Shown in pieces: positions 38,301 through 51,419 of a DNA stretch of 64,000 nt. Source of the stretch: Eledone cirrhosa (Eukaryota); NCBI GenBank assembly GCA_964016885.1, contig OZ024741.1:280054001-280118000 (forward strand). The letters are read 5' to 3'. Within the stretch, counting starts at the first letter, position 1. Every line of letters begins with the position of its first letter. The notes beneath the pieces were generated by a model. It was not told where the DNA came from. It worked only from the letters and a program-made list of their open reading frames with translations, and searched no databases. The position numbers were made by a program, and so were the translations under genes.

Positions 38301-41194
38301 ATTGTTTCTACTTTTGGCACAAGGCCAGCAATTACCCAGTACATTACTGGTACTATGATAATAATGATTAAAATGTATTGAGTTTATACTAACAATCAAT
38401 GAAATCACTGAACAGTATAGTAGATTAGTTGTAAATTGATATTAATATACACTAATCAATTGCAGATATATATAGAACACATACTATGATGGCATTTTAT
38501 CTAACTTTGCCTTTCATCCTTCTGAGGCTGATTACATGAAGTACCAGTCAAGTACTAGGGTTGAAATAACCAACTTACCCTTTCACCAAAATTGCTAGCC
38601 TTGTGCCAAAATTAGGAATCATTGGAGAATTGGTAGAATGTCGGATAAAATGCCATTACAGTATTTGTTCTGGCTCTTTGCATTCTGAGTTCAAATCCTA
38701 CAATGGTCAACTTTGCCTTTTATCCTTCCAAGATCGATAAAATAATGTACCAATGACATACTGGAGATGATTTAATGAATTTTGCCTATCTTACAAATTT
38801 GCTGGCCTTGCGTTTAAATTAGAAATCAGTGTTATTAAGTTTCTTGAAAGAACATTTACTATAGGAAGATTGAGGGGTAAATTGCTTTGGGGAGTTGTGA
38901 TTGAAAGGTCTTCCATTTTTCTTTTCATTTATTTGTGTGAGTATGTGTGAATGTGTATGTGTACATATATTCTTTAAAGCCAACATTTCCTACATCTGAT
39001 TCAAATATCACCTACCATAGCAACCTCCTGTCTCTTATTCTATATTATTACTTTCAGCTTTTTTATACTTAGTTATAGATTCCTCACCTGATTTTTCTCA
39101 AGTCAACCAAAGAGAGACTTGCATTCTTCAGTATCTGATGACATAGTTATTTTTCTTCTCTTTTTTTCCTCTGTCGCTCCCTCCCTCTCTTTCTCTCTCC
39201 TCATATATACTCCCTGATTGTATTATATATTGATTCATCTTTTTCTTTTTGTTTTTAATAAGATTGGATTGCATTTGAAATACCCCCCCCCTTTTTTTTT
39301 TCTGTGTTGCCTTATTCTCAACTCTATTTTGTGAATATGCTCCATGAGTGTGTCTTTGTATTGGTGAGCATGCATACACATTTCATCAAATGTTTGTAGG
39401 TGTGTGGATGTTCTTTTTTCATGTTTAACCAAGTTAAACTTTTATTTTTTAATCTCTGTTCGGTATTAAAATTCTTACCGTTATATCTTTATTCTTACCT
39501 AAATCTACTTCAAAGTGTTCCGTAAATTTGAAATATTGATCTCTAATTTCGGCACAAGGCCAGCAAATTTTTGGTGGAAAGGCAGAGTTGATTAAATCAG
39601 CCCCAGTACTTTACTAGTACTTTATTTTATCAATCCCAAAAGGATGAAATGCAAAGTTGGCCTTGGCAGATACTGCAATGACATTTTACTCTACACTTAC
39701 CAATTTTGCCAATCCACCACCCTTTTTAAATATTGCAAGTTATTTTGAATTCAGGTTTAGATTTGATCTATTTGTTAAATATCAGAGTTTTTAGTAAGTA
39801 CAGACCTTACTTAAATTAAAAATGTTTTTTTTTCCAATAATATCAGAAGCCATTTCTGGGAAGAGGTACAATTGATTAAATCAACCTCAATGTATTACTG
39901 GTACTCATATCATAAGCTCTGTCCAGTTGAAAGACAAAGCTTTATTTCATGCTAAATATTGTCAACATATATGCCTTTCAATAAATGTATGATGATGACA
40001 ATAGTACAATTTATATATTAGTTTATGAACACAATTTATCTGGGAAAAAGAAAAGCGAAAATAGACGTGCAACATACAATGACACACCACAACAGGGTGT
40101 GCTGGAGTTTCTTCTAATATTTTTTCAGGTAATTTAAATCACTTGCAGCATTTCTACAACTGATAGCATGGCTAATGTGCTAAAATAACCAGGCACCCTT
40201 TCAGGCCTGACCTGTTACATCAGTTAGGTGAGCTGCCAACAGTGACAAGAACCTCATTTTCACTGGCCCAGCTCTCCCAAACGTCTTGAATGTCATGGAC
40301 TGAAAATAGATTGCTAATAATTCCTGGTGTTTTAGAATTTTATTTCATTTTATTATTGGCTAATTATGCTAAATCCACTGTAATATCAATATAGGATTTT
40401 AATATGGAAGAGTTAATAAAAAATAAAGTTACCATATTTCTAATATAAAAAAAAACACTACCTAGGATTTAAAATCATTTTGAAAGTAACATATCTTAAC
40501 AAAGGTTCTTACATAAAATCTTAATGAATGGTTTTTAGATAAATATAAACACTTTAAAAAAATAGTGCAGTATTATAGAACTGGTAGGAGCAGTTTCAGC
40601 TGGTTTGGTATAAAGAAGGTTAAATATAGTTTTTAAAAACAAATTTGCACATATCTGCAAAAATAAGTTTGCTTTTTTTTTTCTTTTGGAATAGACATAC
40701 AGTAAATTGTGGCACATAAGCCAATCTGGTATATAAGTCTATGTTAAGACTCTTAGCTCAAATTTCTGTGTTAGTTATATACCTATTGTATAGGCTGATT
40801 CCCAAACATGCTAGGGCTTACTAGGGTTGTTCTTATTGATGGCTGTCTTAGGATTGTTTTAACTAAAGACACACTGGTTATTTTCATAAAATATGATGGT
40901 ACAGCTTCTACAAAATACTTAAGTAAACCAAACTCATTGTTGACCATCCTAGGGTTGTTGTTTTTTTTAAATTTGTTATCTTACATCACTAGAAACCTAG
41001 TTATTAAACATAATTAAATCAGTTGTAAATTGGAAATATTTGAAGTAACTTGCTGGATTTAGGGTAAGAGGTGTTCAGTGGTTTTTAGAAGTTCTGCTCT
41101 ACTTGTTTACTACTTTATTATAATTTATTTATCCCTGCTGTATTATTTGACCATAGTTTTAGAGAAATCTTTTTTAGGCTTAAAAAGTTGACTT

Positions 41195-41537
41195 CATCAT
41201 TCATCGTCATTTCATTTTACGTCCGCTTTTCCCTGCTTGCAAGGGTGGGACAGGAACTGATTTTGGCTTGATTTCTACAGCTGGATGCCCTTCCTAACAC
41301 CAACCTCATTTACAGTGAGTGCTGGGTGCTTTTTTGCCGTGGCGCCTACACGTCCACTTTGCAGTGGAATGATAGGGACTCCAGTCCCTATCATCTCATT
41401 TCTACAGCTGAGTAAACTGGAGCAATGTGAAATAAAGTGTCTTGCTCAAGGAAACAACACATCACCCGGTCTGAGAATTGAACTCACAACCTTTCGATTG
41501 CAAGGCCAATGCTCTAACCACTAAGCCATGTGCCTCC
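41195..41537 (-). repeat. Young tRNA-derived SINE, copy 5
   Basis: Near-identical to copy 1. Confidence 0.85.
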
Positions 41538-43487
41538 ATTCTTGCATGTCACAATTTATGTTTGACAATTTTCTCAATCCCTATAGTTGTGCAATAGCTG
41601 TGATGTTGAGATATTGGTTTAGCATTCATGATTTACAATATATCTGTTGTTTAGGCCTGGATTGGTTTGAATTGAGCAAACTTATGATCATCATGACTGT
41701 CATACATTTTGTTTGTATCTAGGACTAAGTTATCTAATGTATCCTTCCCCCTTTTAAGCTGGTAAGAAATGAGAGAAATATGGATGCTATTTCAAGCAGA
41801 TAAAGCTTCCTTATTGGCTTGCCTACTTAGATGTTAAGTGGTTAGCTATATGAAAGTTATCTAGCTGTAAGAAAACATTGCTTGAATAAATACCATCCTA
41901 CTTATACTAGCATCCTACAGATTTTTACCCCAAATGTTAGTTAATACAGAAGGATTATACATTTTAGATATCCTAAATCCAAACTTGTTACCATTCTACT
42001 TATTACCAGAGAAAGCATGTCAAAAAGGTTGAGACGACTCTTCAGTCTCGTCATGGATGCGACAACCTCGCTGGTGCTGATGCCATGAAAAATGTCCCCA
42101 CTACACCTTAACAAGTGGCTAGAATTAGAAAGAGCCTCTAGATTTAGAAAACTTACCAAACGTAGGGTTGAGAGAACTCAAGACATGCCAATCTCCCTAG
42201 TGTTAGTGCCATGGTAAAATACACCCAGCACATACTGTAAAGTGATAGGTGATAGGAAGGTCATCCAGTCATATAAAACTAGTCAAATAAATGGTTGAGA
42301 GGATCCTTCAGTTATGTCAAGGATACAACAACCTCCCTAGTTTTAGTTCCACAATAAACTCTGTAAAGTGTATAAATGTATATATGTGAGTTGCAGCTCC
42401 TAGCCCATCTGATAAGTGAATGGTCTCGATTAAGTACTAACTTGGTCTGTAATGTATCCTCCAACCCTTGCTAGCTGAGAAGACAGATGTTAAATGATGA
42501 TAATGATGACATAATCTGAACAGGAGTTGGAAGGATGAAATTTCAATAGAATAATTATTATAATAATTTCCTCCTTTAACATAATTGATGGAGTCAGGAA
42601 AATAAAGTTCCTTGAATTCATCTTTCTCTAAAAGCATTAGTTCAGTAACTGAAGCTATAACAACAGAGAATGGTAAATCAGAGAAGAGATCTTTCATCAT
42701 CATTTTTATGTCTGTTTTTCCACACTTGCATGGGTTTTGATGGGTCTTTCTCATTATAGTATCTCTCCACTCGTCACGTTCCTTCGTCAACTCCTTTGTG
42801 AATCTCAGCAATTAATTCAACGATTTTATTCAACAAATTTCAATTAAACTAGATAATGTTTGCAATAAAAAAGAAAAAAAAAAAGAAATAAGATAATGAG
42901 ACTGAGAGCAAGAAGGTGTTGCAGACACCACTCTAGGCTGTATGTCTCAGCTGCATCCTGTGGACAAAATGGTGAAAAATATGGGAGACAGTCACCAACT
43001 CTAACAGCATCAGCCACTTCACCTCAGACATGATACACTCCTCCCAATTTTGCAGAGGAAAGCAGTAGTTCAGGGACCAAGGACATCAGAGGTCACAACA
43101 GTAATCTGCACAAAAAGGAAGTGGTTGATTAAGTCCCGGTATTTGGATATCTGAGAATTTAGTTTATTTTATTTGTACAAGAAACATTTATTACAACATG
43201 AATGCCTCTTTGACAAAACCAAAATAAGAAAAACTATAATAGATTAATGGTTCTAAATATTTATAATAGGAAGAGTTTTTAATAATAGCCTTATTTTATA
43301 GTTGAAATGTTATTTTGATAAGAATAATTATTTCTTTTACTAAAGCATTGCTAACAAACTGCCGTGTGGTCTTTATTCCAGTTTCTTGCTAACTGATTTC
43401 AAATCTTGCCACAATCAACTTTGATTTTCATCCTTCCAGTGTCAATAAAGTGCAGTCTAAGGCGGTAGACTAGCAGAACCATTAGAT

Positions 43488-43794
43488 CAGTGGTTCTTAA
43501 CCTTTTTCTATTGTGGCACCCCTTGCGATTTTGAAATTCTATCCCACACCCCTGGGCCTAGCACAAGATAAAAAGAAGTTGAATTTTCAGGTCAAATTAT
43601 CAGCTAGTTAGCTGCTACTATTTAATTAATTAACTCCTATGATTAATCAATACAAATTTTGAAAATAACAGAAAATATCCAATCAAAATATTTTAATCTT
43701 TAATGTGACTTCTGTTCTTGCTTCTTCTTTGCACCTCTAAGAACTGAATCTCACATCCCTTGAGAGTGCTGGCACCCCAGGTTAAGAACCACTG
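43488..43794. mobile_element. hAT (Charlie/Buster-like) MITE
   Basis: 16-bp TIR cagtggttcttaacct / aggttaagaaccactg; 8-bp TSD cattagat / cattagag; inserted in the head of a Nin-like SINE. Confidence 0.88.
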
Positions 43795-45852
43795 CATTAG
43801 AGCATTAGATGAGATACCTTACTGTATTTGTTCCAGCTCTTTGTGTTCTGTGTTTAAATTCTACCCTGAACTATCTGGCTGTTAGACTTAATCCATTGCC
43901 AAGTTTAATACCATCACCTGGTTTTGGGATGACTTTAAAGGAGTCCACTCTGTTGCAAGCATTCGAGCTAGATTTCTGGTTTGAGGATACCTTCCTCCCA
44001 CCTTCCTGCCAGTTTCAGTGAACCCTAAACATCTTGTTTGCAGTCAGCTTAAAGATTATTAAGATTGTGGATTGGTGCCATTGATAATTTTACACCTGAA
44101 GTTACTGGAAAATATTATAACCATATGATGAGATTTTTGCTTTATTATTGAGTTAGTAAAAACCTATAATTAACCAGGGAAGTTCACATTGTTGACATTA
44201 CAAATGATGTTACAATGTATTTCTTGTTCTGATTGTCTTTCAAACTGTCACAGTCAAATCGTTTTGTGTTAATCTCAGTTTTAAGTCTTAAAGTCTCATT
44301 TTGAAATGTTTAAACTCACTTTGAAATGATTTATCCTCCAGTTGTGTCAAGGACATGACAACCTCCCTAGTGTTGGTGATTGATCTACATGATAAATACA
44401 CCCAATATATGCTGTAAAGTGGTTGGTTTCAGGAAAGACATCCAGTCTTAGAAAGCTTGCCAAACAAAGAGTTGGGAGGATCCTCCAGTTATGTCAAGGA
44501 CATGACAACCTCCATAGTGTTGGTGAACTACACAATAAAAAAAACCATGCATGCACATGAATGTGACTCCAATCTGTATACTTTTGTCTCCCTCATGCCA
44601 TTACTTTCCATGGGAAACAATAAAGCCAGATACTTTTTTGACAGACCTCATACTATATGAATTCATTTGATGTTACATATGGATTGATTATTCTGTCATA
44701 AAACATTTAGATAAACCTACATGTTCCTTTACACTTCCTATTATATTTTTTTCTACCTACTCCCGGTATATTTCATTATTATTGGTGGATTGGCAGTATA
44801 GGTAGAGCGTCATACAATATGCTTTGCAGCATAGAGTTACGGCCCTTTATGTACTGAGTTCAAATCCCGCTAATGTTAGTTTTGCCTTTCATGCTAATGG
44901 GGTCGAAAAAATAAAGCACTAGTAATGCACTAAGTTTGATTTAATCAACTTCCCCCTCCCCAAAACATTGTTGGCCTTGTGCCTATATCAGGAACCATTA
45001 CTATTGTCGTTTATGACAGTTTTGCTTAATCATCCAATTTTCTTACTACACTAGTTTGCTTTAATCCTTTTAAAACCTATCCAGCCAAAACTGGCCCTGG
45101 TTCTATGATACAAAACTATCCATTTTAAAGGGTCCCCATTTTTTCTAAGAACCATTTAATACAAATGCTAACTTGAAATGATTAATAATTTTATTAAATC
45201 CCTCTAAAATCTTCATTGATTAATTGAAATAGTGTACCTCATTAGAAATATGGTAATGAACGAATTAACTGATTGAGAATTTTTGTTTCTAGAATGTTAG
45301 AAGTTGCAAATTCTGATTGATACGTGGGTTGTAATATTTATTTCTTGATTTTTATTAATATAATCTAATTGAAGAAAGAGGCAGCGGATTGGCAGAGTTG
45401 TTAGAATGTCAGATAGAATGCTTTGCGGTTTTTATTTCAATACTTTGCACCCTGAGTTCAAATCTTGTCACAGTCAACTTTGTCTTTGTACAATGGGATT
45501 GGTCACAAAAGGTTTAAAATGACCCAAACATGCACTGTAGTAAGATAGTGGCCCTTCAACTTCATTAATCTTTAAGGGCCCATGGAATTGAAAAAGAAGA
45601 GCATTACTCAATGGCCTTAGCAGCACACTAGCAAGATTGATTATTCAGACAATGTAAAATTATTGCTTAGAAAGGTATAATATTCCTAATTTATACCATA
45701 CAGTTATTCTTGAAGCCATGCCATAATATGTAATGTAGAACGTTGCATGACATGGCATCTAGAATAACTTACATAAATTAGGAATTATGATTAGACATAA
45801 CAATAGAATGGAAATGTTCTCAAACATTTTTCTATCTATTCTCTTTTACTAT

Positions 45853-45908
<56 letters not shown>

Positions 45909-45912
45909 CTCT

Positions 45913-46906
45913 GCAGTCCTGGGTCAAGCAGAGACCGAGGAAAATGGGCGACTGGCACATCGAATGTGCTCAGGCGCTCACAGCCCTCTGGCAGGCAGAC
46001 CCGGCGATCAGTGGAGACTCCACTTCGTCATTCTATAGAGGGTTGGTCCGCAGCAAGTGCGACGACGCGCTCGGTGAAACTCTAGGCGTGGAGGAAGATG
46101 AACTGGCCAGTCTGTTCGGTAGGACCTTCCGCCCGGGACCGATGGACAACTGCCAAAAGTCCCTGGCCTGGCAGTGCTACCGAGGAGCTCTACCAGTTCG
46201 AGACAAGCTCTACAGACATGGGCGCCCGGGCAGGGACCCTGCAAAAAAGATCTGTCCGAGGTGCGTGCGAGACGAAGAAACCGTCGCGCACGCATTCATA
46301 CACTGCCCGGGCGTCACTGACCTGTGGGGCTATGTAGAACGACTATTGTCGCGGGTGGGACCAATCCAGTTGACCACCGAGTCCATTGTCATGATCAAAC
46401 CGCCACCCTCCTTCAAAAACGAAGGAGAGGCGGTTTTCCTTTGTGTGATAGCTATAGCGAAAGAGGTTGTATGGTGGACAAGGTTGAAAGGGCTGAGGTC
46501 AGACACCTTTCTCTCCGGCCAACAACTGATTCTTTTTTTCAAATACCACTTTGGAAGAAGAATCAGGATGGAGAGAGAGGTGCTGTACCCCAGCAAGTTT
46601 TATGAAAGGTGGGTGAAAGTGGCGAGAATGGCCCGAGTGAATGGGCCTTCTCTCTATATCAGCCTGTAGGTTGAGGAAAAGGAGGAGGAGAGGAAAGGAG
46701 TACAAGCTCTTCGTACTCCTGGAGATGAGGGTTGCACATTTTTTTCGGGGGTCTGTGTTACCCATATAAACTGTCTCCCTCTATTGGGGAAAATCGACTA
46801 ACTTTTAAATTCCATCTGTGATAACATTTTACACGTTTTTATTGTATGTAAACTTCCCCCTTTGTATTTGTCCCCTTCTTTTGTGCCCCTGTGGCTAATA
46901 AAGAAA
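45913..46906 (+). mobile_element. 5'-truncated L1/Tx1-clade LINE (3' end of ORF2 plus 3' UTR)
   Basis: Uninterrupted frame to the stop at 46669 with a zf-RVT-like motif W..YRGALPVRDKL...CPRC...EETVAHAFIHC. aataaa at 46897. (TATC)n(TC)n on both flanks. GC-rich against the background. Confidence 0.88.
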
Positions 46907-47836
46907 TATATCTATCTATCTATCTATCTATCTCTCTCTCTCTGTGATAAAACAAACAGCACAAAAAGAAGGACGAAAGAAAATACACTACACACACACA
47001 TCATACCAGCAGAAAAATTTATTTTTCTGTTGCACGATCCAGCATTTTAAAATGATACTCTCAATTAAATCGTGTGAAACCAATTTGTTGGTTTGAGAAC
47101 TGATGAGAGTTAAGATATGTGTGTGTGTAAACTTGTCTTGTACATCGCCTTTCTTTATTTCCTTCTTCCAGTCACTTCTGTGCTCTAGCGCCCTTCTCCT
47201 TGTCCTCCCCCTCCTCTTTCAATCTTTTCTATATTTCATCTGCTTGTCACCCACCTTGTGGATTGTCTCTCTGTTGACCACTGGCTGGTGGTCTCTGTCC
47301 TCTGAGGCATTTTTGCCCATCACCGTCTTTGACAATATTTAGCTGCTTTAACGGCTGTTCTAGCAATGAATTTTTTCATTTTTATATGTATTATATATAT
47401 GTATATATCAATATATGGGGTTATAGTGTGTTAGTTCATTGGTAAGATAAATTAAGCTCAATGCCTCTTTTGGTGTATAATTCTGGCTGTATTTAAACGT
47501 TTGTAGATGTGTTATTAAACAACAATAATTTTAATTTAGTCTTACTGAATTTTGAATTATATATATATATGAAATAAGAGCAATTAAGACGGAATTATTT
47601 CACCATAATTTGCTTTATAAGCAACTTATCTTCTGCAATATTTTAAAGAACGATCGACTTTCGTCAAATCGGATCGAGGGAACAATGTTTCCGTTGGTCT
47701 TTCCAATTGCTAATAGTATCTATCGGTCGCAACTCCAGGTAGAAGGAGCAACGTGAAATAAAGTGTCTTGCTCAAGGACATAACGCATCGCCTGGTCCAG
47801 GAATCGAACTCACAACCTTACGATTGCGAATTATAT

Positions 47837-47914
<78 letters not shown>

Positions 47915-47925
47915 GACGAGTTAGG

Positions 47926-48081
47926 TAGAAGTGGTTACACAACAGTTAGTTCACCATACCGAGAACAATTGTTACACCTTAGCGGACCCTTAGCTCGTAA
48001 TGTCCATTACGAGCTGAGGATCTGCTAAGGTGAACCTATTGTTCTCGGTATGGTGAACTAACTGTTGTGTAACCACTTCTA
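47926..48081. repeat. 156-bp near-perfect hairpin/palindromic element
   Basis: 77-bp arms around a 2-nt loop at 48003-48004; outer 44 bp perfectly complementary; lies between (TA)n tracts. Confidence 0.9.
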
Positions 48082-49155
48082 TATATATATATTTATATAT
48101 ATTCCATTGGTGAAAATGGATGTCCTTTTAGCTATTAAGCATGTCAGCATTCTTATTATAGCCCAAGACTTGTCTTTAAATTCATCCCTTTTACATGTGC
48201 CAGGAGAAAAAGTGCCATTTTTAGTAATTTATATTGGTAAAATGCAGGCTAAATGTTTAGTTTTAGATTTCACAGACCCTCATCCATCAAAGTGCCAACT
48301 TGGCATAACTATGGTGATATGTTAGAAAAGTGTTTACTGGGCCAATTGGCCATCACAGGACTACATTTCCTATGTTAAGTGTCTTGGAATGTAAATTATG
48401 CTGTGACATACACACGCGTGTATGTGTGTGTGTATCTATCTTACATATATCCTTATATTCTTTAATGGCTGGTTTCAGTCATTAGACTACAGTAATGCTG
48501 GGACACCACTTTGTTGGGTGTGTGTGATTATAAGAGAGATGTAGGGTTTGATTCCTGCAGGCATCTCTACCATTTCCAGGGATACTTTACTCAACATATC
48601 CTATCAACTATTATTTATAGTTATCACCAATCTGCATTGTGATGACTATATTTTCAAATTTCAGATTTCTCAATGCTTTGTAAGTTAACCAAATATAGAC
48701 ATTTGAAGACTGAATGATGCAGTAAATTGGCAGAATCTTTAGAGAGAATGCTTTGTGGCATTGGTTCTGGCTTTCTGCACTTTGAGATCAAATCCTGCCA
48801 CGGTCAACTTTACATTTCATCCTTTCGGTGAAAAAAAGTACCAGTCCAGTACAAGAAAAAGTTCTAATTCTGTAAAAGCCATTTCTATATTAAATTTGAT
48901 GTATACACTCTACTAATGTATTGAGTACCTTACTTACTGTGGTTACCCCTGATTGAACTCAAGACTCACATATCACTTAGCACCTAACCATGCCCCTTAT
49001 GACCATCACTAAGGAACCATGCTGACCAAACTGGACACTTCTATGAAGAATATTCCCATTCCACCAAGGAAACAGTATCATCATCATCGACAACATCATC
49101 ATGTAATGTCCATTTTCCACACTAGCATGTGTTAGTATATATATATATATATATC

Positions 49156-49281
49156 ATTTAATATAGAAATAGCTTCTACAGGACTAGAACTGTTTCATTT
49201 GTATGAAGTTATCAGGAATTCCTGATGATTTCATACAAATGAAACAGTTCTAGTCCTATAGAAGCCTTTTCTATATTAAAT
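49156..49281. repeat. 126-bp loopless palindrome
   Basis: 63-bp arms centred on ggaa|ttcc (49218/49219), about 5 mismatches. Confidence 0.9.
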
Positions 49282-49467
49282 AATGATATTTCCTATATAT
49301 ACACACACATATATATATACATACACATATATTAATAACAATAATAATAATAATAATAATAACAACAATAATAATAATGACAACAACAACAATAATAATA
49401 TACATACACATATATATATACACACGCACACACATAAACATATCTGTACACACACACATGATAGCAA

Positions 49468-50737
49468 CTAACAGCGCTGCGATCGAATGTGGCTTTTTAG
49501 CCCAGCCAATGATCTAAAATGTCTTGCACAGAGTCGGCAACCAAAACATTCATTGGGAGTAGCCGGCTGTGGTTGGAGTTCATGTACTTTTGCATGTCGC
49601 TTGAGCCCTCCTGCTGATTTACATTCTCTACCACATGCTTGGCAAGCATGATGAGTAGCATCTCCAACAGCAGCCTGGTAGTCAACCACTGGTCTTACTT
49701 TATGACTGTGAAGATGACTTTCGAGTCCAGCTTTGCTTAGGCAGAGTCTCGCACAGATGCTGCATATCAGCACCATAGGAGTACCCTCGCCGTCTGGAAG
49801 TGCAACAGGAATGCCCTTCCTCACATCCCGCTTTACTTTCTCGTATGCGATTCGAGATGCCTCAAAGGCAACTTTTCCCTCATATACAGTCTTTCTCCAT
49901 TTATTACGATCAGCAGCAATATTTTCCCATGTATCAGCAGAGATGTTAGCGTCTTTCAAAGAGGCTTTCAAGGAATACTTATACCTCTTTTTTGGTTTAT
50001 GTGGCGGTCGTTTTCCTTTAACTAACTCTCCATAAAAGAGTTGTTTCGGTATTCTAGAATCCTTCATCCTGGCATGGTGACCACTCCAACGGAGTCATTG
50101 CTTAAGCACAAGAGCTTCTATACTGTCACACATAGAGCTTTCCAAAATCTCGACATCACTGATGTGGTCTCTCCAGTGAACGCCATGGATCCGTCTGAGA
50201 CACATCTGATGGAAACGCTCCAATTGCTTAAGGTGGTGTCGATATGTGACCCAGGTCTCGCAGGCATAAAGAAGACGAGAGCACACATGCCTTGTACACC
50301 TTTACCTTTGTCCTCCTGCATATGTCTCGCCGACCCCAGAGTCGCCTTTCTAGCTTTCCGAAAGCATCACTTGCTTTCCTAATCCTAAGTGAGATTTCAC
50401 TATCAAGGTTGCTGTATCGATTAACAGTGCTTCCCAGGTAGACAAACTGATCAACCACTCCAAGTCGTTTACCATACACATAGATATTTGGTTCAGTGTA
50501 CTGCTTACCCGGGGCAGGTTGGTACATGATGACGGTTTTCTTGAGACTGACAGTCAATCCTAGGGCAGTGCAAGCGTCAGAAAATGCATTCAAAATGTGC
50601 TGCATATCACTCTGCCTCAGGTTCAATATCGGATGTAAACACCATGCTCGCAATTCCTGAATGCAATACAGAAAACCATTGCAAAGTATATGGCAAACAG
50701 GGTCAGTGCTGGAATATCCCTCTGTTTCACTCCATTA
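49468..50737 (-). mobile_element. RTE-clade LINE, 5'-truncated, with C-terminal triple zinc finger
   Basis: NGVKQ..TLF (RT domain 4), YADD segment deleted, [25 protein letters not shown], then CSIC..HLHSH, CQAC..HAKVH, CRLC..HIRSQRC*. Confidence 0.9.
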
Positions 50738-50918
50738 GGTGAAAACCTGCATTTTTCCCGCTTCATCGAGGAAAATCTTAAAGATTATCCAGCCATCAGA
50801 GTATTCGGTTTATTTTCTTTACATATTGTCCAGGCATGCAGTTTCTCCACGATTACGTCTACTGGCGGCCCGCATTCCAAAATACCTTATCCCGTGCAAC
50901 GCCGGGTACCACTGCTAG
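50738..50918 (+). mobile_element. Helitron 3' terminus
   Basis: GC-rich hairpin cccgtgcaacgccggg (50891-50906) followed by taccactg-CTAG|T. Left boundary uncertain. Confidence 0.7.
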
Positions 50919-51419
50919 TTTAATATAGAAATATATATAAGAAATCAGCTGTGTTCAGGCCGGGAGAAGGATGGGCTCTGCTAAGTTTAAAATGCCCAAG
51001 AAACGGTATATGTTACTATGCCTGCCTGCCTATGACTCCACCAGGAGTTTATGCTCCATACAAAGTAAACTGGGAAAATTCAATGAGAAAATTGAACCAA
51101 TAATATTGATAAAATGACCAACGTATGTTGAATTCTCATTTATTTAACTTTTGAAAATTCTGATGATCAGATCATTTTATAATTAAAGGAAACAAGATTT
51201 TTTGAAGCTAGATATAATCACCAGACTTCTAGGAGACAGTTAAACATTAGATATTTCCTCTCCTTACAGTATGTTTAGATCGTGAAGAAAATAGCTTTTT
51301 TTTAAAGTTAGTTATTGTCATGTAAAAAATAGCGTTTGTTTACTGTGCTTTTTTTAATGGTTTGGGTTGGGAAGAATGGACTGTGCCCCTAACCTTCACA
51401 GGCCCTCTGAGACTGGTGA

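Noticed and set aside
16372-41524. Recurrent ~79-aa ORF MPFLTPTSFTV...QGQCSNH as a small-protein gene family
   Set aside because: It is the antisense reading of a tRNA-derived SINE, repeated because the SINE is young.
49468-50067. Host C2H2 zinc-finger transcription factor gene
   Set aside because: The fingers are in frame with RTE ORF sequence and lack TGEKP linkers; kept as a retroelement feature.
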